Assembly (NCBI RefSeq): GCF_009914755.1
Contig: NC_060947.1
DNA: 64,000 nt
Source: the human T2T-CHM13v2.0 reference genome, Homo sapiens
Strand: one strand, 5' to 3'
Shown here: positions 54,904 to 64,000 of the stretch, in pieces
How positions within the stretch are numbered: the stretch's first letter is position 1
Layout: each line of letters begins with the position of its first letter
Translations under genes and position numbers: made by a program
Notes under the pieces: generated by a model
What the model was told of the DNA's origin: nothing
The model's database searches: none
The model's input: only the letters and a program-made list of their open reading frames with translations

Positions 54904-55459
54904 ATGTCTGTTATAAAAATGGTTTACTGCTTGTTTACATGGAACTGTGTCAGTTAATTATGAGACCAGCTAATTCAACATTAGGGAGTTGGCAGTGGAA
55001 ACAGAGAGAGACACTAAATGAAAGAGAACTGCATTATAGCAAAGATGAATACAGCAAGGTACCAGACTAGCACAACATGGTGCATACATCGAAGAGGTGG
55101 TTCAAGTTTTATGGTTTCGAGAAAAAAGGGTTATGACATAGTCAGAAAATTTGGAAAAATACTTACAAAGTGCATGTCAAGATACAGACAAGAAATGTTT
55201 TCATTATTGTGCCATTCAGGTTTGTTACATTTGCCTTTGTATTCCCGATGTTATCTATTTAATAATATGAACCTCCTTTATGTAACAGATCTTCTTTCAC
55301 TAAATCCAGTTGTCACTTGTTTTTGGTGCTTGTGGGGCATCCAGTCAACTTCAGACAGCCTCTAATGTGGTGGTCGTGTCGATACTGTTGTTTCCGAACC
55401 AGGAGTATGAGAATACTGACCCTGCCAAATGGAAGTAAAAACAAAACAAACAGAATAAA

Positions 55460-55760
55460 ACACTTTACAGGAAATTTCAAACATATATAAAAGTAAGGAG
55501 AATAATATAATGAAGCCCTGGATGTACTCATAACTCATCCCCAACTCATCCCCAACAATTAACTCATGAGCACTCTTGTCTCATATATACCCACACTGAT
55601 GTTGTCACTTCCCTTTTTACATTGTTATTAAACCAATTTCAGAAATTATATTACATTATATTACTTAATCTGTCAATATTCTATATGCTCCTCAAAAAGA
55701 TAAGTACTCCTCCAGAAAACATAAACACAATACCATATTCAAACTTAAATTTTTAAACAT
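55460..55760 (-). mobile_element. Old L1 3'-end fragment (L1MC/ME)
   Basis: GGAAATTTCAAACATATATAAAAGTAAGGAGAATAATATAATGAA antisense signature. Confidence 0.6.
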
Positions 55761-55859
55761 GTCATTAAAGTTAAAATTTTGTAAAACAATATCTCACGTA
55801 AAATTTGCATATCTAAATGGTGAGGAAGGATTTCTCTTAAATTATTCAATTGCTGCAGG

Positions 55860-56106
55860 TTATTAGAGAAAATTAAAGAAATGGTTGTATTACATGATAC
55901 AAGGGCCTTAATTTCTACAAGTCCAAAAAAGTGGCCCTTCGATAAAGAGATATTGCTTTTTGTAATGAAGACACTGAAAATGTTTGCTTACCTGCATGGA
56001 TAGCAGGCATATCATTGTGAAGTTAAATGAAGCCAATATTGTTGAAGTGACAGTGTTCAGATACAGTGTGAGACAATGGGCCGTTAGTTAATGTGCCAGA
56101 TTCCTT
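55860..56106 (+). pseudogene. Decayed MADF (Myb/SANT-like) domain, putative Harbinger DNA-binding ORF
   Basis: Manual translation with frameshifts: LLEKIKEMVVLHDTRA/NFYKSKKVALR*RDIAFCNEDTENVCLPAW/QAYHCEVK*SQYC*SDS/RQWAVS*CARFL. Residue spacing matches the MADF pattern as recalled. Confidence 0.6.
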
Positions 56107-57578
56107 GTACATAATTGGTCAATAATGTGTTACAAAATTACAAGAAGAAACTTTTCAACTTAATATGGAGAGTTCAAACTTTTCTATTACTCAAAAGTAT
56201 AATACACACTATTATAGAGTTTATGTAAATAGAGGTAACAGGCACAGTTTTATGAGGCTTTGGGAAAAATTTTCCATGATGACCTTGAAAAGCCTGCAGA
56301 ATTTATGTGATACAGACAATTCCTTTTCAATTTTTGTGTGACTGTAAGGCATAAAAGCCTCTCTTAAGGATCTTGTAAGTGAAGAAAATGTTTAAGTGTG
56401 TTCAAACTGTCTACAGAAATGTCACATTAGAGAGAAATGACTACAAAGTGAAATAATCATCAATTGTCTAATATGTTGCAGACCTATCTTTTTTACTGCT
56501 ATAGCTGAAGTTTTATAAATAATTGATTCATATTTAACGAGGAGAAGGCAGTTATATGGGGCTTTTTTACTATAAAGATAATTGATTCAATTACAAGGAA
56601 ATGTGATAAAATGATGGAGGATTATTTGGGAAACCTTTAACTCTCTTGGTATGCAGAAGTAAATTTAGGGAGGTGCTCTAGCATTAACACTTAGAAAAAT
56701 TTTATAGTTATTATTTATCCAAAACCTGAAATATGTCACATAATATTATGCAGACAAAGACACATAGAAAGATATACACATGCACACGTTTGTGAAACAG
56801 TCAAATGGTTGGACCTGATGTATATTGTAATGTGAATGGACATTTTGATATGCACCTAAGTCATGATTGCTTGAGCATACTATTACTTAAAATGAGGAGG
56901 AATAGACTTATAATTTATAGTGATTAGCTCTACTATGTAGGATCTCTGTGAAGAGATTAAGAGCAAAAGAAGGAAAAAATATCTTTCAAATGGCCCCTAA
57001 GAGGGAATGTGATCAATTTACCCCTAAATTGAAAGGATACTTGTGTTCTTGAAAAGGTGCTAATTAGCACATTTACTTACCGTCTTTATCTGAAGTAAAA
57101 GAAAAAATTTTTTTGCTATGAAGTTCACTTATCATTTAAAAAATCCTGAATATTTAATGGTGACCATATTATGCCCCTTTTAGGTCTCTAAAGCAGGGAA
57201 GATTCATTCAAGGGTCTATTTAATTGAAACACTAAAGTCATCCTTGGTGGCTTGTAATGTAAAATTTGTCCAGGACAGTTCTTCAGAACTGGATCCAATT
57301 TCATTGTGATAATTTTTATAATTATTCTTTATATTTCTGTAATTTGATAGATACCACATTATGTGGGTTATTGATGGAAAACTGGTAATCCAGTATGTCT
57401 AGAGTAAACAGGAAAATAACTTTTGAGGCTAATTGACATATATTTTAAGGTTAATTCATCAAGTACAGGTAAGTGATAAAAGATTAGAATAGACATGTTT
57501 AGGATGTGGAGTTTCTGTAATAACAACATAATCATTGCGTAGATTTTCTTTGAATGAATGTGAAAACTCATGAGGTAG

Positions 57579-57959
<381 letters not shown>

Positions 57960-58129
57960 TAAATATTGGAAATACCGAAAAGCACAATTTGTACCCTCAT
58001 TGCTTATACGTAAATGGAAGTAGAAGAAATACCTCCTCGTATTTCTTGTAAGCATTCACTGCCTCTCTAAATAACAATTAGAGATTTGAAAGAACATCTA
58101 TACCATCCAAAGCGTAAATGGCAAACAAG

Positions 58130-58360
58130 TCTGGTAGACAGAATAATGGCCCTCCAAAGATGTCCACATGTTAACAGCCAGAGACTGTAAATATGCTACC
58201 TTGTATGACCAAAGGGACTTTATAGATGTGATTGAGTTAAGAATCTTGAGATGGGGGGTTATCTTGGAGTATCTGAGTTAGCCTAATGTAATTAAAGTGA
58301 TCCTTATAAGAAGGATGCAGAAAGGTCAAAAGGAGAAAAGGTGATGGGGCTACAGAAGGA

Positions 58361-58402
<42 letters not shown>

Positions 58403-58693
58403 AACTGAATGATGCTATTCTGCTGGACTCCAAGACGGAGGTAGAAGCCAATAGCAAAATAATAAAAATAAACATAAAAATGCAGGTGGTCTCTGGAAGT
58501 CGGCAAAGGCAAGACAACGAAACATTCTCCTTTAGAACCTCCCAAAAGAACCATCTCTGCTGACACCTTGATGTTAGGCAAGTAAGACTGATTTTGAACT
58601 TCTGACTTCCAGATCCATAATATAATATAGGTATGCTGTTTTAAGCCATTAAGTTTGTGGTAATTTGTTACAGCAGCAATAGGAAACTAATAA
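58130..58693 (+). mobile_element. MLT1D-like solo LTR with internal (GA)n
   Basis: TGGTAGACAGAATAATGGCCCTCCAAAGATGTCCAC...TTTGTTACAGCAGCAATAGGAAACTAATA. Confidence 0.88.
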
Positions 58694-60588
58694 CGTTTCC
58701 CTCAATATTCTGTTCAATAATAGGAAACCAGAAATTTCGAATGGTAAGGAATGTACCTGTCTAGGAACATGTAAGATTGGTCTTAACTATGTCTAACTAT
58801 ATACTGAAGGGAGCCTTCTTTGAGAATTGTTAAATTTTGTAACACTCTGGCAGCCATTCACATGGCTGATGAAATGCTATGGAAATAAGATCTTACCTGA
58901 AAATGACATGTTTATAGAGTAGAGACAGAATTATATGAGGCTACTTGACTTTAAACTGTAGTGATTAAATTAATTGGAATTGGGGGCTTGATGTGTTAAA
59001 AACCTTTTACTTGAAATTTATATTTGTGCATATCAACAGGGCTTTTTAAGGCATCGTTTGTGCTTAGGACTAATTTTTTAATCTTGAATTTCTTAAAAAG
59101 ATTAAGGATTTCCTGAGAAAGCTTAGATCCACCAGTTTGAAGAAATAAATTTAAGGATTGGGAATGAGTTCACTGGCTAAGAAGAAAAGTTCATTGCTAT
59201 CGTTTTGCTAAAACCTTAAAAGCCTCCTATTAAAGGAGGTAGATTTTTCTTCCTTAATGAGATGATTGAATGGAACATAATTTGATGATCATTGATTACC
59301 CTCAATGAGAAAAAAAGCATATAAATGGCACAGCAACATTTTTTAAAGTCTTTGTTCTGTAATTTCAATGTCAGAAGTCTTGGGTGGGCATCAATCAACA
59401 AAGTAACACCCATATAGCTTATTGATCTATAAAAAGCTACAAATTCACATTCAAACTGATGGTTTCTCACATATCTTCATAAGGAGATGTTAAAGGACTG
59501 GGACATTTAATATCATAATTCAGAATGTTACCGGGCATTGATATAAGATGGTAATAGAGACAGTTTTATGGGAATACAGGGTCAAAAATTGCCTTGACAA
59601 GCATGCGTAGTTTATATTGTGAAGAAACTTTTTATAATATCTCCAGGCCTATTAGAAATGCAAATTTACTTGCAAGAGTTTGGTTAACTGACAGGTGTAA
59701 ATAAATCCTCAGAGACCATGTATGAAAAGTGTGTGTCAGGAAATGCTACATGGGTATAAAAATATCTCAGTAAGATTAAGTTCCCAGTAAGACTTTAAAA
59801 AATTGATTTATGTGTCATGCTACAGCCACATTTATATGGCCTGTGGTTGTACAAAATGAGTAGTACTACTGAGAATTTGTTATCTACAACAAACTTGAGG
59901 GTCCTATATAGAGTTATGAGACTTTAAAATGAATTTATTTTATTCATTGAACTCCTGAGGTCTGTGTAAGCATCAGACATATTTTGGCAGAATTTGTATA
60001 CTCCAGCTTGAACGTCCTTATTAAATGTTTGGTGTCAGTAACATGCTAGGAATTGGATTTTGAAAATTAAATTGAAATGTTAAAAAAATTCTTTAGAATC
60101 CCTATAAATCTCCAGGTTTGCAGCATTCAATTGACATAAGTGGATTGTCCTTAAATTTAGGAGAATGTATTCTGAGTAATATCTGTCCAAAATATAAAAG
60201 ATGACTTATAAATGTGATTGGAAGTCTCCATTTGATACTGTATGATAGGAAAGTGTGTTTTTATTACTTCTGTATTTTTTATTTGAATGTATATTTTATG
60301 CTTACATACACAAAATTTATATCTATGGTTTACACTTGTAATTTGAATATAGTAAAATTCATACATTATAAACGTGAAATTTAATGAGTCAAAGACTTAT
60401 AACTATGTCATTCATAACCTTAGTAAGATACAGAGCATGTTCATAACCCCAGAAAGTTTTCTTGTGTGTGGTGTCTCCCCATCAATTTCTGAACCATCTC
60501 TCCTAGGAAACTGTTGCTTTGATTTTTATTAAAATATTTAATTTTGCCTATTTGACATTTTCATATAAATGCAACCATATAATATGTA

Positions 60589-60724
60589 TAGCTGGACCTC
60601 AGTATCTGCAAATGCGGATTCAACTGCACTATGCCACTTTATATAAGGGACTTGAGCATTCATGGATTTTGATATCTGCAGGGGGCTTTAGAACCAATTC
60701 CCTGTGAACAGTGAGAGATAATTG
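60589..60724. mobile_element. Internally deleted Tigger3-like MITE
   Basis: ATAAGGGACTTGAGCATTCATGGATTTTGATATCTG..GAACCAATTCCC, with TA on both flanks. Confidence 0.75.
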
Positions 60725-61605
60725 TACTATATTGTGCCAGGCCTTTTTTCATTGAGCATAATATTCTCAGATTCCGTCATGTTGCTGCACGTATAAGTAG
60801 TTCATTCTTTTGTATTTTACAATATTGATTCATTATAAGGATAAACCACATTTCATTTATCCATCATATGCTGATAAATATTTGGCTTCTTTCTAGGTTT
60901 GGCTGTTAAGAATAAATCTGCTATAAACATTCATGTACAGATCTTTTTGTAGATTATTTTTGCATATTACTTGGGTAAATTTCTAGAAGGGCTAATTTCT
61001 GTATCACAGGACAAATGTGTATTTAATTCTATCAGAAACTTCCAAAGCGGCATAGGTTATTTTAAGTAGTTATACCATTTTAAAAACCTACAAACAACCA
61101 CAAGAACTTTGGTTCCTCCACACCATCACTAATATTTGAATTAGTCAATCCTTTTGTAGCCAATCAATGTGAGTGTGAGGTAATATATCTTTGTTTTATT
61201 TTGCAATTTTCTGATGACCAGTAATACTGAGCACTTTTTCATCTGCATATTGGTTATTCATATGTCCTCTCAGTGAATTATGCATTTAAGCTTTTTAAAA
61301 TTTTAATAGATTTGTTTTATCTTATTGGATTATATGGGACTTTCATTCATTCTTGATACAAAGCTTTCATTGAATATAGAGTGAAGATAATTTATAGCAG
61401 TGGCATCTCTGTTCATTTTTTAAATTGTACTTTTTGATGAGCAGACATTTTTATTTGAGGAATTTTTGTTAATACTTTAAAAAATGTTTGGTATTGCTTT
61501 TCATGTGCTATTTAAGACACTTTGCTTATATCATGGGTGTGAAGACATTTGCCTATTTATTCTAGTGGAAGATTTATAGATTCAGTTTTTAAATGTGGCT
61601 CTACT

Positions 61606-61960
<355 letters not shown>

Positions 61961-63074
61961 TCACACCTTTTCAGAAGTTTTTCACATGGACATCCATTTC
62001 TTCCATCAGCATATGTAAAAAAGAATTTGAATTCTCAATATCATTGATTTGGGTCACATTATAGTAATATTGAAACTTTTTATTCTGTTTCCTTGATCCA
62101 TTTGCCTATTCTTATGCCCAAAAATACTGTTCTTATTATTGCAGTATCATGGTAATCATTAAAATCAGGCAGTGTAATTCCATCAAATTTGGCTTTTTTA
62201 AAGATTGTTTTGACAATAACAGATCCTTAAAATAAACTGTTAATTTCTAATAATATTCTGGAAAAAATTGCTTTAGATCTATAATTCAATTTAGGAAGAA
62301 TTGATGTTTTAACATATTGAATCTTCCAACACATAAACACAATAAATCTTCATATTTGTTCAGTTCTTTTAAAAATGTACTTTTAGGAATATTCTATAGT
62401 TTTCAGTGTGAATGTGCTGCAAATATCTGATTAAATTTATTCATAAATATTTGATTTTTATTACTTTATAAAAGATATTTTTCAATATCATTTCTGTTTC
62501 TTATATTCTCATTATAATTTTTATATGTATGTTTTATCATGTGATCTTGCTAAACTCACCTATAAGTACTTTTAGTTGTCTTTTAGCTTTCTTTTTGATT
62601 TCTATAAAAACAATAATGCCATCTGCAAACAGACAGTTTTTTTTTTTCAGTTTTTATGCCTTTTTTTCCTTTTATAACATGGAGACCTCCAGTACAATGT
62701 TGATCAAAAGTGGTAAGATTCAATATCATGCCTTGTGTTCAATTTTCAGGGAAAATGTTCAATATGTCACCATTGAGTGTAATATTAGTTGTAGGAAATT
62801 CAAATACACCCATTATCAGATTAAGTGTGTTTCTTTTTGCTCCTTGTGTGCTGAGAGATTTTATAATAAATATATATTACATTATTTAAATTATTTTCCT
62901 ACATGTAAATTAGCATTTGATTTTAAACATTTATTTTATTAATATGGTGAATAAAATTGATATTTTAAAGTTACATAACTCTTGAATTCCTGGGCAAACT
63001 CCCACATATTGATGGATATAATTGCCTTTTATTTGTTTTCCTTTATCTGTATTTGAGGAATACTGGACTATATA

Positions 63075-63285
63075 TTTATAAAATAGACTTTATTTCCTGA
63101 CAAAGTTTTAGGATCCCAGCCAAAGTGAGTGGAAGTTACAGAAATTTCCCACATAACCCATGCCCTATGTATGCACAGCCTCCACCCCTATCAAAATTCC
63201 AAACCAGAGTGGTACATTTGTTACATCAATAAACCTGCATTGTCAAACCATTATCACCCAAAGGCCTAGGGTTCACTCATGGTAC
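63075..63285 (-). mobile_element. L1MC-type 3' end
   Basis: CCAGAGTGGTACATTTGTTACATCAATAAACCTGCATTG..CATTATCACCCAAAG. Confidence 0.75.
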
Positions 63286-63289
63286 AAAT

Positions 63290-63862
63290 TCATGGTTTTT
63301 ATACCTTTCTGCCTTTTCTTTTTGCAACCTGTTTTTGGAAATTCTTTAGGTGGACTAAAACATTTTTTTTCTTAAACAAAACAAAACATGTGCTTAGCAC
63401 CTATGTTTGTTTCTTTTCTTAAAATTTATTATCATATTTAATTCTCCCTATTTCTCTTTCCTCTTTGCCATCTTCAGCCTATTGTGCATTGCATTACCCA
63501 ATCCCTTTGGCCTTTAGGGGTACCAGAAATTACTTTGCATTGTGAAAAACTTGACCTTGGTATGTGTAATGGCTAAGAAAAAAATACACTTTTAGAGGTC
63601 GCTGATGGCAGTTGCTTAAAGTAAATGGTTACTACTGCAGGGGGCTACTTGTTTTCTTTTGTGCTTGGATTAAAAAAAAAAAAGCATGGTTTTGGACACC
63701 TAGATGCTATATAAACACTCCCCACTGGGGGATAAGATGCCCATGGAGGATGGGCTGATCACAGAATAGGCTAATTGGCATTGGGTTGCCCACTAGCCTC
63801 TGAGTATGTATTTTTAGTAAAATACACTGTGAAAGCATTGTGTGGTCCAGTCCTCATGGTAC
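63290..63862 (+). mobile_element. ERV1 (MER4-group) internal leader fragment
   Basis: Resembles MER4-group internal sequence. Family uncertain. Confidence 0.45.
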
Positions 63863-64000
63863 AGTTACTATTGGCAAATTCATACAGTCTGCAGCAAACT
63901 CGATCCTTGCCTCTTTGGAGGAAAGAATTCAGCCAAGGAGCAGAAGTAGGTTTAAGGTAGAGTGAGCGACCAAGGCAAATTTTGTAGCAGGAGTGAGAGT
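63863..64000 (-). mobile_element. MER50-like ERV1 LTR (runs off the window)
   Basis: GTCTGCAGCAAACTCGATCCTTGCCTC..GAAAGAATTCAGCCAAGG..AGCAGGAGTGAGAGT. Confidence 0.7.

Noticed and set aside
56395-56485. Cys-rich reading CSNC..CH..CLICC suggesting a zinc finger
   Set aside because: Interrupted by stops, and the spacing fits no known finger.
56440-56610. Possible GAID-like transposase motif (LIQLQGNV)
   Set aside because: A better, colinear match for that motif lies at 58036-58075, so this one is probably over-fitting.
59470-59610. Possible CR1/L3 fragment
   Set aside because: The similarity is too short and degenerate to support.

Overview
Primate (probably human or ape) genomic DNA: AT-rich, repeat-dense, with no recognisable host protein-coding gene. 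Family names were assigned from memory, not by database search. Main layout: a minus-strand HERV-F-group provirus with a tRNA-Phe primer site (1-4754), a 1.4-kb compound microsatellite, several solo LTRs, a truncated LTR19-like ERV remnant with an open protease frame (16491-17287), and a full-length L1PB (21925-40535) carrying three nested insertions (THE1D, an L1PA13-class L1 and THE1C). The most notable observation is absent from the ORF track. Manual frameshift-tolerant translation shows a heavily decayed two-gene PIF/Harbinger-type element on the + strand: a complete MADF/Myb-like domain (55860-56106), then a HARBI1-like DDE transposase (~57470-59040) whose motifs stay in order across later Alu and MLT1D insertions.
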